Shown: positions 1-8,621 of the stretch, piece after piece
How positions within the stretch are numbered: position 1 is the first letter of the stretch
How the letters are laid out: the number at the start of each line of letters is the position of its first letter
The notes under the pieces: generated by a model
The model's input: only the letters and a program-made list of their open reading frames with translations
The model's database searches: none
What the model was told of the DNA's origin: nothing
Program-made: the position numbers and the translations under genes
Assembly: GCA_024854585.1 (NCBI GenBank)
Contig: GCA_024854585.1_4323.1
Source of the DNA: a phage
Reading direction: 5' to 3' (one strand)
DNA: 45,809 bases

Positions 1-27
1 AAAAAAACCTCCCGAAGGAGGCTTTAT
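1..27. terminator. GC-rich hairpin plus T/A tract (aaaaacctcccgaaggaggcttt); intrinsic terminator after minus-strand gene 40..561
   Basis: Inverted repeat cctcc/ggagg flanked by A and T runs, read directly from sequence. Confidence 0.5.
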
Positions 28-39
28 ATATCTTAATTA

Positions 40-561
40 TTAAGCAGCGACAGCTGAGTCTGCTGATTGAATTAGCTGAACTTCAACCAGATTGCCGTCG
101 TAGCTCTCACCTTGCTTGATTGGGTTGCTTCCGGAAACGTAACCAGAAAGGAAGCCGCCAGCAAATGTAAAACCAGTTTCCCATGTAGTACCTGCTACTT
201 CGTCAGAAACAATGCCACTCGCGTTTACGTAAACCTTACTACCAAAAACTGGCGCAGCCGCTAGAGTTGTACGAACCCAGATTCGACCATGAGTCATTAC
301 GTTAACTGCTTCATTTACGCGAGCTGTGCCATCTGGAGTCTCGTAATGAGATTTAACAACAACACCATAAGGTTTAACTGCCGAGCCAGTTACGACTGGG
401 AGGCCAACAACCTTGTGACCATCTACAGGCTGAGCGGATGTAACGCCAACAAAAGTGCCAACCGGAATGGCTGCTGCGCCGCCAACCACACAAGCGCCGT
501 CGATGTTATACAGAGAGGTATCAGAAACCATACCAGCCAGTGCTACGGAACGAATTGCCAT
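40..561 (-). CDS. Putative head decoration / capsid accessory protein (lambda gpD position between scaffold and major capsid)
   Basis: 173-aa ORF, ATG with AAGGAG RBS; Gly/Val-rich; sits between protease-scaffold gene and (wrapped) major capsid gene. Confidence 0.45.
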   Translation of the reverse strand: MAIRSVALAGMVSDTSLYNIDGACVVGGAAAIPVGTFVGVTSAQPVDGHKVVGLPVVTGSAVKPYGVVVKSHYETPDGTARVNEAVNVMTHGRIWVRTTLAAAPVFGSKVYVNASGIVSDEVAGTTWETGFTFAGGFLSGYVSGSNPIKQGESYDGNLVEVQLIQSADSAVAA

Positions 562-573
562 GTTTATAACTCC

Positions 574-1659
574 TTATTTCTTAATTTTAGCTAAACGAGC
601 ACGCGGGTCTAATTTCTTAGGCTCATCGTCGCTGTCAGATTTGTCGGAAGCGGTAGTTGCTTTACGTACTTCAGCCATTTTATCAGATTCTTTGGCAATG
701 TCGAACGCCGCGTCGATGTATGCGTCAGACTTCTCGGAAACATCAAGCCCAGAGATTTCTTTAACATAAGCAACTTTAATACCTTTAGCATCCAGGCCAT
801 CAGCCTTCACACCAGCTTCAGCAGCAACAGCTACCAGAACAGCCAGAGCATCAGCATCAGCTTTCGCTTTAGCAACAGCAGCTTCGATTTCTGCTGGCAT
901 TGCATCTACTTTAGCTTTCAGCGAGTCGCGCTCTGCGATTGCAGTGTCAGCCTTTGCGTTCAGCGCTTCGATGTGAGAAGCGATTTCCGGGGCGACCTCA
1001 AATTCCTGTGCGCCGTCGAGTTTAATCTTAATCATTTCCTGTTTATCCTCTTTATTGATATCAACGTCAGTAGTATACGGGTTTTCCTGCTCACCGTCCA
1101 TATTCAATTTGGCAATACCTGCGCGACCGCGATATACCATTGCGAGATGATTCACTTTAATGTCACGCTGAATTGCGTCGAACTCCTGCCATCCTTCTGG
1201 TACGTCGAATAGCTCACTTTCAGACTTAAGGAAGTACTCACCAGTAACAGGGTCACCCCAACCTGGGGTGTAATCAATAACTGATGAGTATCCAACGGAT
1301 AACTCCTTTGCGTTACCTGCCATAGCTTCCTGAATGGCGGCATTATCGTAAATAACAATTGGAGCAACAACGGAGCTGCCTAATGGCTCTGCCTTTCCAG
1401 CAACTGAGCCAACTACTACCTCTTTAGCGTTCTCTGAGTTAACGAAAACATGATCAAGAGTCATTGGTTTACCCTGGTAGCTAGCTAGAGATTCATCCTT
1501 GAAAACCTCCTCGGCCGGGCGAAACTCCCGAACAGTGCGACCGTCCTCCATGTAATAGACTTGCACGCCGAGACGTGCGACTACTGGCGTATCGACTAAG
1601 AATCCATTCTCGTCGATTGTTGCCTTAAACTTTGCGCTGTCATAGCGGATTTTACTCAT
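574..1659 (-). CDS. Prohead protease / scaffold fusion-like head morphogenesis protein
   Basis: 361 aa; C-terminal Ala/Lys/Glu-rich coiled-coil segment typical of scaffolds; directly downstream of portal; AGGAGG RBS. Confidence 0.55.
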   Translation of the reverse strand: MSKIRYDSAKFKATIDENGFLVDTPVVARLGVQVYYMEDGRTVREFRPAEEVFKDESLASYQGKPMTLDHVFVNSENAKEVVVGSVAGKAEPLGSSVVAPIVIYDNAAIQEAMAGNAKELSVGYSSVIDYTPGWGDPVTGEYFLKSESELFDVPEGWQEFDAIQRDIKVNHLAMVYRGRAGIAKLNMDGEQENPYTTDVDINKEDKQEMIKIKLDGAQEFEVAPEIASHIEALNAKADTAIAERDSLKAKVDAMPAEIEAAVAKAKADADALAVLVAVAAEAGVKADGLDAKGIKVAYVKEISGLDVSEKSDAYIDAAFDIAKESDKMAEVRKATTASDKSDSDDEPKKLDPRARLAKIKK

Positions 1660-1672
1660 TAATTACAGCCTC

Positions 1673-2917
1673 CTATACTGGTTTTTGTTGTTGAGATTCA
1701 ATATCACCATCACCAATCTTAATCTCTGGTGCGATAGTACGTAGTGTATCACGGGCTTCGTTAGTATCCATAGCCCCAGCTGTAATTAGTGACGCGATGC
1801 TGTTTACGTTCTTCTCAAGAATCTCCGCCTTATCCTTGCTTGACTCCTGCGCCAGAGGGTTAAACTCAACCGACCATTCATCCACGTTAACAATGAACTT
1901 AATTAAGAACTCAAGAATAGGAAGCAATTCAGAGTTACGCTTGCGGTCAACTAGCTTATGGAATGTCTCAAGGGCTGTATTCTGGCTTGATGATACGCCA
2001 CCAACGTTCTTGTTCTTGAGGATAATTTCATGAATACCGCTCAGAGCAACGATTCTGTCAAACTTCTTATCCAGGAACGCGTCAATCCCACCAATATCAG
2101 AGTTCAGAACGCTGTATTCTTCAGACTCTGCATCAATGCCAATGGCCTGACCAACGCCGCTATTGTTGTCAACCTGTGCAAGTCGTAATCTAGCGGCACC
2201 AAATCCTTCGCTATCATCACATAACTCAGCCAGACCTTTCGCCTTCCACACTGCTTGCTGCTTGCGCTTCAGTAACTGCGTAGCCAGTCGTTCGCAGTTG
2301 GTGTAATCCTTAATTGAGTCAAGAATGTCACTTGATAGAACGCTGCGGCCCCAGCCATCATTCTGCCGACGCATTACGTTAGGAATTCGCTCTCCGTCAA
2401 TGATGTGAATGCGGCTGTAGTGCACATCGTAGAACATATCGCTTTCGTTTGTGGTGATACGATAGGTTAGCGGCTTACCAAATCGCGAGTTGCGTGGGTT
2501 CTCCTCGCGAGTTCGTACCTTTACCTGCGTACGGTCGTAAACGCGAACAGTTTCAAGCTCGGCACCTTCTCTGACCGGACTCGTTAATGCTCTATTGTCC
2601 TTAACGATAGCGACAATTGCAGCGCCGCCAAATAATCGCGCCCATGACCAAGCGTCGTTAATGTTCTGAGTCATTTCTAAATCATCCCAGCGCGACCAAA
2701 ATGCTGACTCATCATCAATACCATCAATGTGGAACCCTGCCGCTAGTGCTGTTTCCGGGATTGTGTCAATGATTCGACGCACCAGCGCATTATTCGCATA
2801 AATCGAAGCAAGAATTGTAGGGTCTTGATTCTGTAAACTCCCGTAAATCTCACTACCATCACTGCCGCCTAGAAAGATATTGGCGTAGCTGTCTGTCTTA
2901 ACCATGTTTTTCTCCAA
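1673..2917 (-). CDS. Portal protein (probable true start ATG at 2905)
   Basis: 414 aa, position between large terminase and protease/scaffold; GGAGA RBS before internal ATG. Confidence 0.6.
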   Translation of the reverse strand: MEKNMVKTDSYANIFLGGSDGSEIYGSLQNQDPTILASIYANNALVRRIIDTIPETALAAGFHIDGIDDESAFWSRWDDLEMTQNINDAWSWARLFGGAAIVAIVKDNRALTSPVREGAELETVRVYDRTQVKVRTREENPRNSRFGKPLTYRITTNESDMFYDVHYSRIHIIDGERIPNVMRRQNDGWGRSVLSSDILDSIKDYTNCERLATQLLKRKQQAVWKAKGLAELCDDSEGFGAARLRLAQVDNNSGVGQAIGIDAESEEYSVLNSDIGGIDAFLDKKFDRIVALSGIHEIILKNKNVGGVSSSQNTALETFHKLVDRKRNSELLPILEFLIKFIVNVDEWSVEFNPLAQESSKDKAEILEKNVNSIASLITAGAMDTNEARDTLRTIAPEIKIGDGDIESQQQKPV

Positions 2918-2923
2918 TAAAAA

Positions 2924-2940
2924 AGCCCCATGTAGGGGCT
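2924..2940. terminator. Hairpin agccccatgtaggggct with flanking A/T runs; terminator-RBS cassette upstream of portal
   Basis: Perfect GC stem; near-identical copy at about 38011-38029. Confidence 0.5.
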
Positions 2941-3204
2941 AGTTTATCACACGGCTTTTAATTACTCGAATTTTACTTCGAACTTGATTGTGTCGCACTT
3001 TACGCCATCCCGATCAAGCGCATATACAGTACGACCCACATTTCCGAACTCAATCACGTCAACCTCATGTCCGTTTATGTAATATCTTAGATATGGTTTT
3101 TTATTATTGTCAGTGGCTTTGGCTGCGCATTCGCTTTCAGTTAAGAAACCCTCGCCCTCTTCGCGGATATCAAACTTGTGGAATTCTCCGTTTTTTATGT
3201 AACG

Positions 3205-3393
3205 TTAACCATCATGATCATCTACGCACCAAAAATAGTTTTCATCATCAGTATCAAAACGGTTAACCCTATATTTCTTACCCACTGTGAATCCACAGTC
3301 TTCATTATCAATGTTACCAAGATATAATGCCTTTGAATAAATTGTAGTCATTTGTTTATCCCCTCTCGTTTCGATGAAGTAACTATACGCCAT
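3205..3393 (-). CDS. Small hypothetical protein; reading frame continues open for about 80 codons past its TAA stop (to about 2965)
   Basis: ORF track; likely true start at internal ATG (about 3351, MTTIYSK) after GAGAGGGG RBS; in-frame extension read directly from sequence. Confidence 0.45.
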   Translation of the reverse strand: MAYSYFIETRGDKQMTTIYSKALYLGNIDNEDCGFTVGKKYRVNRFDTDDENYFWCVDDHDG

Positions 3394-3407
3394 CCGTGGC
3401 GACTTAG

Positions 3408-3428
3408 TTTAGCAATTCGTGCTATTTA
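3408..3428 (-). promoter_or_regulatory. Palindromic early-promoter/operator motif copy (TTTAGCAATTCGTGCTATTTA on + strand)
   Basis: Contains inverted repeat TAGCA-N5-TGCTA; overlaps TerL stop codon; TATAGT-like hexamer about 20 nt toward downstream gene. Confidence 0.6.
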
Positions 3429-4987
3429 ATTCCTGCTATGCGCATTAGTCTCGCCTTAGGATCATCCGCGATGTTAAGTACAAGGTTTGCCGCCATTGTT
3501 AGACAGTCAATTTGGTCGTCGTGCTTATGCGAGTCATCTGCCGTAAAAGCCGCAACCTCAGTGAGCAATCCGTTTAGCCACGGCGATGACTCTGGAAGAA
3601 CTACGTTACCAGCCTTAATCTGTGGTAGTGCACTCATCACCCTGGTTAGCTTGTCATTATCCGGTACGTATGACTCTATCGGTGTTCGCATAACCCTGCC
3701 AGCTGATTGAATCAGGCCGATACCAGACGCTTTCTTCTCGATAATAATCTTTCTTAGGATACCATCTGACTGACTGGTTGCCCTTGATTTCTTCTCGAAG
3801 TCCAGCAGTTCAGCCTCCAACTCTGGGGCCTCCCATTTACCCCTGCGCTGATCAATAAGGTAAATCTTAGCATCTTTATAGCCCCACAACTGAAGAACAG
3901 AGAAGTCGCTGTAACTTTTAGTGGTCATTGCGGTATCGCAAGTTATGAATCGATAGTCGTACTTAGCTGGAGGTCTGAACGTATCACTGATTCGCTGGAA
4001 CCAGTCCACGTTAATTAGGTTGCCACCCAGTGCTACTGGCTCCTGCTGATATTGACTAAGGAATGTGTACGGGTCGCTATCCCACATTGCCACCAGGTCG
4101 TTTACGGATTCCTTTTTAGGAAAGTAGCTGTAGTACTTTACGCCATCTCGCTCAATGTATTCGCTGCTTAGTACGTCCTCAGCAAACTGATCTTTAATCC
4201 AGTCAGGAAGTGAATCAATGTAATCCTCAGTAACTAATGCTGGTATCTTAATCAAATCGAATTCGATACCCATGCCGCCTTCCATCATGAAATAGGTTGA
4301 GTCATTGACGTGAAGCCGCTGCTGTATCGAAATGATTGGTGTCGCTTTGCCTTTTACAGAACTGGCTCGACGTGAGCGAATCGTATTTTTAAGCATTACG
4401 TGATTATTCGATCGGTACACTGCTGATAACATATCTGCGGGTTTGTCAAAGTCATCCAAAAGAACGGCTCCGCTGTATGTTTCGGTTATGTACCCACCGC
4501 GAGCGCCAGTAATCTGGCCTCCAGCCGCCTTTGATATTGACTCAAATCTAACCTTGCCACTCTCATCAAGAACCTGAAGCTCATCGTCTTTGCAAGTGCC
4601 AAACTTGCATGGCCAGAGTGACTGAAATTCTTGAGACTTGATAAGGTCGCGTACTCGCTTCGAGTTACGCTTAACCAGGGAGTCAGCAAAAGAGATGTTA
4701 AGGTTGCGCACCTTCCTAAGCTTAACCATCGAATAGGCCGGGAAGTGGATTGAGGCAATTTCCGTCTTTCCGCTGCCTGGTGCTATGTTAATGATGGTGT
4801 CCTTGCGCTCTCCTGCGATAATCTCGTCAATTATTCTGCACAAGTACTTGTGATGCCAGTTAGGGATGTATCGCTCGCCTTGCGTGATCTGGAACCAGCA
4901 ACGAAGAAAGCCCTCGAAGCTGTGTTCTGATATCGCCTTAACGGCCATCTTTTCCTGAATGGTCATTTCTTCCCATACTAAAGACAT
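3422..4987 (-). CDS. Terminase large subunit
   Basis: 521 aa; Walker A-like NIAPGSGKTE near N-terminus; precedes portal. Confidence 0.75.
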   Translation of the reverse strand: MSLVWEEMTIQEKMAVKAISEHSFEGFLRCWFQITQGERYIPNWHHKYLCRIIDEIIAGERKDTIINIAPGSGKTEIASIHFPAYSMVKLRKVRNLNISFADSLVKRNSKRVRDLIKSQEFQSLWPCKFGTCKDDELQVLDESGKVRFESISKAAGGQITGARGGYITETYSGAVLLDDFDKPADMLSAVYRSNNHVMLKNTIRSRRASSVKGKATPIISIQQRLHVNDSTYFMMEGGMGIEFDLIKIPALVTEDYIDSLPDWIKDQFAEDVLSSEYIERDGVKYYSYFPKKESVNDLVAMWDSDPYTFLSQYQQEPVALGGNLINVDWFQRISDTFRPPAKYDYRFITCDTAMTTKSYSDFSVLQLWGYKDAKIYLIDQRRGKWEAPELEAELLDFEKKSRATSQSDGILRKIIIEKKASGIGLIQSAGRVMRTPIESYVPDNDKLTRVMSALPQIKAGNVVLPESSPWLNGLLTEVAAFTADDSHKHDDQIDCLTMAANLVLNIADDPKARLMRIAGIK

Positions 4988-5004
4988 GTTATACCCTCTT
5001 ATTG

Positions 5005-5511
5005 TTATAGCTTGCTAATAACAGACTCAAGCGCTTCCTTCATGCTATCAACGTCGTTAGCTGCAGAGTTATTGCTAATGGTAATTTCCTGCGGCTTATC
5101 AATTCCTAGCTCTTTACCCACGATGGTGGAGTTGATGATACCTGCAACGCCAAGCTGATATTTCTGCTCGTAAATTACGTTATCAATGAATTCCATCACG
5201 TCACAGTAGCCAGCCTCAGTGCGCCACCTAGCGAATCTGTTGATATTAACACCCATGAAGAGCGCCAACCCGGTTAATGTGAACACTCGAGGCTTGTGTA
5301 CCAGGTTCTCGCTAACCACGCCCTGGAATGCCGCCGTCTCAATAGCTTTGATTGCATCACTCTCAGCCCATGAGAAGTATCGAACAGCGAAATCGAAAAC
5401 CTCCTCAGGCGTGTACTTACGGTTGATTGCCACCATAGCAATATCGCCATACTTCTTGTTGTAAAGCGCCTTGAAATTTCCCTCACCCATCTTTAATGCT
5501 GCTTTGCTCAT
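5005..5511 (-). CDS. Putative terminase small subunit
   Basis: 168 aa ORF immediately upstream of large terminase in same orientation. Confidence 0.5.
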   Translation of the reverse strand: MSKAALKMGEGNFKALYNKKYGDIAMVAINRKYTPEEVFDFAVRYFSWAESDAIKAIETAAFQGVVSENLVHKPRVFTLTGLALFMGVNINRFARWRTEAGYCDVMEFIDNVIYEQKYQLGVAGIINSTIVGKELGIDKPQEITISNNSAANDVDSMKEALESVISKL

Positions 5512-5555
5512 TTAATCCTCCTTTGTTGAGGTCAGATTATATCATATTACAGACG

Positions 5556-5584
5556 AAAAAAAGCCCTCAAGCGAGGGCTAAAAA
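5556..5584. terminator. Hairpin aaaaagccctcaagcgagggctaaaaa
   Basis: GC stem agccctc/gagggct with A/T flanks. Confidence 0.45.
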
Positions 5585-5623
5585 CAACGAGGGAAACGAA
5601 ACTTAACGAGGGTATAACACTTT

Positions 5624-5806
5624 TTACTTTCGCTCACGAACGTAAGCTACCAGGAATTTGTGAGTGTCAGGGTCAGCTCCCGACATCTCTTTTACTTTCG
5701 CTACCGCATTCTCAGCGCTGATTGCGGCAACTGACGCGATGTAATCTTGAGTGCAATTCTTGCACGAGCGGCCCATTAAGCGAATGGACAACTTCACATC
5801 CCACAT
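5624..5806 (-). CDS. Small hypothetical protein (track ORF 5624..5884 trimmed to internal ATG because upstream part overlaps tRNA)
   Basis: ORF track; N-terminal 26 codons overlap the tRNA. Confidence 0.35.
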   Translation of the reverse strand: MWDVKLSIRLMGRSCKNCTQDYIASVAAISAENAVAKVKEMSGADPDTHKFLVAYVRERK

Positions 5807-5821
5807 AATGAACTCCTTGTT

Positions 5822-5899
5822 TGGCACTCCGCACTGGCCTCGAACCAGTAACCTACGACTTAGAAGGTCGTTGCTGCTATCCAATTGAGCTAGCGGAGC
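5822..5899 (-). tRNA. tRNA-Arg (anticodon UCU), CCA encoded; D-arm region atypical
   Basis: Manual fold: 7-bp acceptor stem (one G-U), anticodon stem ACGAC/GTCGT with loop CTTCTAA (U33, anticodon TCT, A37), T-arm ACTGG-TTCGAGG-CCAGT; D-arm has only about 3 clean base pairs. Confidence 0.6.
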
Positions 5900-6224
5900 T
5901 TTGAATGAGTCCCGGTTACGGCTCCGGGGCTGCCTGATACAGCCGATTAATCTGCCTATTTGCGCTAGGTCTTACAAGTCCCATAAGGGAGTGAGGTTTA
6001 CGCCTTATCCTCTTGGTCCATTGTGCCGCATACGCTACTTAATGAGCAACGGACTTACCGTGTAGTGCGCTCCGTGCGCCGTTCCATCTTGAATGGCTCT
6101 TTTGCCTACGTGGTTAATATTAGATAATTCCAGTCAGTGATGCAAGCTCTTTTTAACAATATCCATCTAAACGATTAAAAAGTAAGCCCAAGTAATCATC
6201 CCTGCGATAAACCAGATTGTTAAC

Positions 6225-6464
6225 TCACTCATAAAGGCTGTTCCCATTCTCGTCATGACCAACTCGACCTTTGAGATACCCTGCGACCCACACAAATCGA
6301 TCCCTGCTGATAACTGTAGAAACGGGCTGCCAAATCTCAGTAATGATACCGGCAACGAGTTTGTCATTTTTTCGGTCCAGCTTGCTTAATGACTCATACT
6401 TATCGTTGAGCTTTTTAGCCTGGCGCTTTACCGCATTGAACATCGCTTCATTTAGTCCGAACAT
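6225..6464 (-). CDS. Hypothetical early protein
   Basis: 79 aa ORF with GAGAG RBS and TATAAT-like hexamer plus degenerate motif upstream. Confidence 0.5.
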   Translation of the reverse strand: MFGLNEAMFNAVKRQAKKLNDKYESLSKLDRKNDKLVAGIITEIWQPVSTVISRDRFVWVAGYLKGRVGHDENGNSLYE

Positions 6465-6521
6465 TACTCAATCTCTCGTTGTGTTGATATGGTGATTATA
6501 TGCCATCCGTGGCGACTGCGA

Positions 6522-6540
6522 TTAGCTTTTATTGCTATAG
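6522..6540 (-). promoter_or_regulatory. Degenerate copy of palindromic motif (attagcttttattgctata)
   Basis: Followed at about 20 nt by perfect TATAAT-like hexamer (cataTAATca on gene strand). Confidence 0.35.
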
Positions 6541-6743
6541 AAGTTCTTGATAAAAGCCTCAGGTGTCACGCCTTGCTTGTAAGGCTTAATTAAATCCTTA
6601 ATGATGAACCAATGGAAAGTCTTCATATCAAAGACCAGTCGTTCACATGCGATAACGTATTCAGTGAAGCTCATTTTTGCCACTCCTATTGAATGTCGCC
6701 AGAACCTCAAGGCTGTCACCATCGCATTCGAATGTGTCTCCAT
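6522..6743 (-). CDS. Small hypothetical protein (may be part of a frameshifted larger gene 6522..6933)
   Basis: ORF track; overlaps 6661..6849 in another frame. Confidence 0.3.
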   Translation of the reverse strand: METHSNAMVTALRFWRHSIGVAKMSFTEYVIACERLVFDMKTFHWFIIKDLIKPYKQGVTPEAFIKNFYSNKS

Positions 6744-6849
6744 ACTTTTCGTGAAAGTACATTAAGTCATCAATAAATTCATGGCCATAAAAATAAATGC
6801 AAGTGTTAACCATTGCTCTTGCCCTACCGTTCCATCCAAATTTTCGCAA
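6661..6849 (-). CDS. Small hypothetical protein
   Basis: ORF track; an additional 37-codon ORF (about 6820..6933) overlaps upstream in a third frame. Confidence 0.3.
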   Translation of the reverse strand: MRKFGWNGRARAMVNTCIYFYGHEFIDDLMYFHEKYGDTFECDGDSLEVLATFNRSGKNELH

Positions 6850-6978
6850 GATCGTAGTAAGCCATCGCCTCTTCGCCCGTTTTGGCTTCGTCCTGCATTC
6901 GCTTACACCACTCTAATGGGCCTTCTTGTACTTCCATGATGAATCACCTTACTTAAATTATTGTTAGTTATAATGCGT

Positions 6979-7156
6979 TTTAGGACCGTTAGATTCGGTT
7001 CAATTGCTCTAGAATTTCGTATGCTAGCTCTCTGGCCTGCTCTTCGGTTAAGTGGATGGTGTGAACCTGTGGGTCTTCACGCATTCCGCAAGCCTGAGCA
7101 ATGATGAATGTGGAGTAGCCATCGAAGTGGTTGGCCTGGAGCTTTGGCTGACTTTG
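6979..7156 (-). CDS. Small protein, probable fifth member of the xEQARELAxxL paralog family (GTG start overlapping upstream stop; coordinates approximate)
   Basis: Translation ...HTIHLTEEQARELAYEILEQLNRI shares C-terminal motif with ORFs 8618..8842, 9402..9623, 9620..9877; below 60-aa cutoff of the ORF track. Confidence 0.35.
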
Positions 7157-7164
7157 TTGAAATT

Positions 7165-7377
7165 TCACTCCTCAACCACCTTATATTCATGCTTGCTTGC
7201 GCTTACTTCATTGCCTACACTCACGAACTCAGTACCACGGATAGCCTGGATTAAAAGGTTGCCATCAACGTAGTGACCGGACACTTCAACTACGTCGCCA
7301 ACTTCAAATCCACACTCACCAAGAGTCAGTACGTCTACCTCTGGTCTGTAGTCCACGTCGATAATTTCAATTTTCAT
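7165..7377 (-). CDS. Hypothetical early protein
   Basis: 70 aa; preceded by motif, TATAGT hexamer and GAAACGAACGAGG leader. Confidence 0.55.
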   Translation of the reverse strand: MKIEIIDVDYRPEVDVLTLGECGFEVGDVVEVSGHYVDGNLLIQAIRGTEFVSVGNEVSASKHEYKVVEE

Positions 7378-7433
7378 TTCTGATTCCTCGTTCGTTTCGA
7401 TGGGGTAACTATACCAAATTACCCAGATTCTGT

Positions 7434-7454
7434 TTTAGCAATTCGTGCTATTTA
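7434..7454 (-). promoter_or_regulatory. Palindromic promoter/operator motif copy
   Basis: tttagcaattcgtgctattta; 20 nt then TATAGT; 56-nt leader to ATG 7377. Confidence 0.6.
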
Positions 7455-7597
7455 ATGTTTTGTGTTTTCATTGCCTCAATAACTACACCGCCAAGAACTT
7501 CATGTTGCTTAATCGCATCGCTTTTCTTCTCATAAACCCGAACATGCTTAACGCTGTTAAACTTCCCCGTGTAGTAAGTATGGATGTAAATCATTAT

Positions 7598-7849
7598 TTA
7601 ACCCTCACCAAATCCAACATTCTTTTTCGCCTTATCCCATACTGTTTTATCAATGTACGCAGCATTAACGATAATCGACTCATATTGACGCGATGACTCG
7701 AAGTCTGAAGCGTCGAATTGCTGGTTGTTAATCTGTTGAATGACATTCTTATTAACTTCATTATCGTTGAATGCTTTAATTGAGCGAAGGTAATTGCATC
7801 CACTATTCAGCACCTCTGCATCCTTCTCTGACAGGTTAATCGTAATCAT
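7598..7849 (-). CDS. Small protein with MITINLSE N-terminus; possible ribbon-helix-helix DNA-binding protein (paralog of 7851..8042)
   Basis: N-terminal beta-strand-like ITINL followed by helical segment; first 8 residues identical to neighbour. Confidence 0.45.
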   Translation of the reverse strand: MITINLSEKDAEVLNSGCNYLRSIKAFNDNEVNKNVIQQINNQQFDASDFESSRQYESIIVNAAYIDKTVWDKAKKNVGFGEG

Positions 7850-7850
7850 C

Positions 7851-8042
7851 TTATTCACCTTTATTAAAATCGTACTGGGTGTTCTGCAATTCAATTTTGG
7901 CCGCTACGACCTGCTGCTTAACTTGCTTTACCACTTCCTTTACTGATTCGCTTCTGTGGTAAGTTCCGTATCGAATTTTAACCAGGCTTAGTGAATCAAG
8001 AAGGTCGGCAGCCATTTCCTCTGATAGGTTAATTGTAATCAT
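7851..8042 (-). CDS. Small protein with MITINLSE N-terminus; possible ribbon-helix-helix DNA-binding protein
   Basis: Internal ATG preceded by AACGAGAGGAAG leader; paralog of 7598..7849. Confidence 0.45.
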   Translation of the reverse strand: MITINLSEEMAADLLDSLSLVKIRYGTYHRSESVKEVVKQVKQQVVAAKIELQNTQYDFNKGE

Positions 8043-8097
8043 CTTTGCTTCCTCTCGTTTGGTGTGAACCAACTATAACAAAACCTGCCGGAGCGGG

Positions 8098-8116
8098 TTT
8101 AGCAATTCGTGCTATT
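8098..8116 (-). promoter_or_regulatory. Palindromic promoter/operator motif copy
   Basis: tttagcaattcgtgctatt upstream of 7851..8072. Confidence 0.55.
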
Positions 8117-8206
8117 CCACCACAACCAGGAAGATTATCACCAGGAACAAAAGCACCCAGGATAACCCGACAAGAAGCAATTGCAGCACGTCAACTAATT
8201 TGAACT

Positions 8207-8425
8207 TCATAGCACCTCTACCTCATCCCCTGCAAAGGGCCAGTCGCCTGGTGCCATTCCTTTCTTGCTTAGCGCCGGAATGAAGTCAGCATCAACCATG
8301 TAAAATGGTTCAAGCCCTTCTTCCTGGTATTTCCAGGCCATCGCTACCACTGGCAGCTTGCTTTTATCCACTCCGCTATATGGTGACTTGATAATGCGAA
8401 TCTTAATCATTTCTTCATTGTTCAT
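8207..8425 (-). CDS. Hypothetical early protein (track ORF 8207..8524 trimmed to internal ATG)
   Basis: ORF track; upstream part overlaps 8415..8621. Confidence 0.4.
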   Translation of the reverse strand: MNNEEMIKIRIIKSPYSGVDKSKLPVVAMAWKYQEEGLEPFYMVDADFIPALSKKGMAPGDWPFAGDEVEVL

Positions 8426-8621
8426 TGTGGCGCTCCATGTATTCAGCCATTTTGATGAGGTGTTCGCCCATTGCTCGTACGGTAGCCGGATCTTGCATCG
8501 GGAATGCGCCCGAGTCGTCATCAATCACGATTTCGACAGTGACGTTATCGCTACGTGTAACTGTGTCAATCCAGCAATCGTCATCGTCCATATCATGGAA
8601 GCGCTTGCGATCTGTGATCAT
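8415..8621 (-). CDS. Small acidic protein, weak member of paralog family
   Basis: 68 aa; C-terminal ...ATVRAMGEHLIKMAEYME resembles family motif. Confidence 0.4.
   Translation of the reverse strand: MITDRKRFHDMDDDDCWIDTVTRSDNVTVEIVIDDDSGAFPMQDPATVRAMGEHLIKMAEYMERHNEQ

Noticed and set aside
289-769. Plus-strand ORFs overlapping the minus-strand structural genes (e.g. 289..594, 455..769, 973..1212, 3438..3710, 33611..34112, 40320..40661, 44883..45290)
   Set aside because: Antisense to long, well-supported structural genes, with odd composition and no RBS; typical shadow ORFs.
3408-3428. Motif half-site TTGCTA as a canonical sigma70 -35 element
   Set aside because: The distance to the conserved TATAAT-like hexamer is about 22 nt in every copy examined, outside the 16-19 nt window for sigma70; more likely a factor-binding site centred near -41.
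5822-5899. tRNA as a possible ochre suppressor explaining the two in-frame TAA codons
   Set aside because: The anticodon loop reads CU-UCU-AA, giving anticodon UCU (Arg, AGA codons), not UUA; no second tRNA could be folded in 5900-6170.
6167-6367. ORF 6167..6367 (hydrophobic 66 aa) overlapping 6225..6464
   Set aside because: Overlaps the better-supported 6225..6464 gene (RBS, promoter-like elements) in another frame; possibly a small membrane protein, but not supportable from sequence alone.
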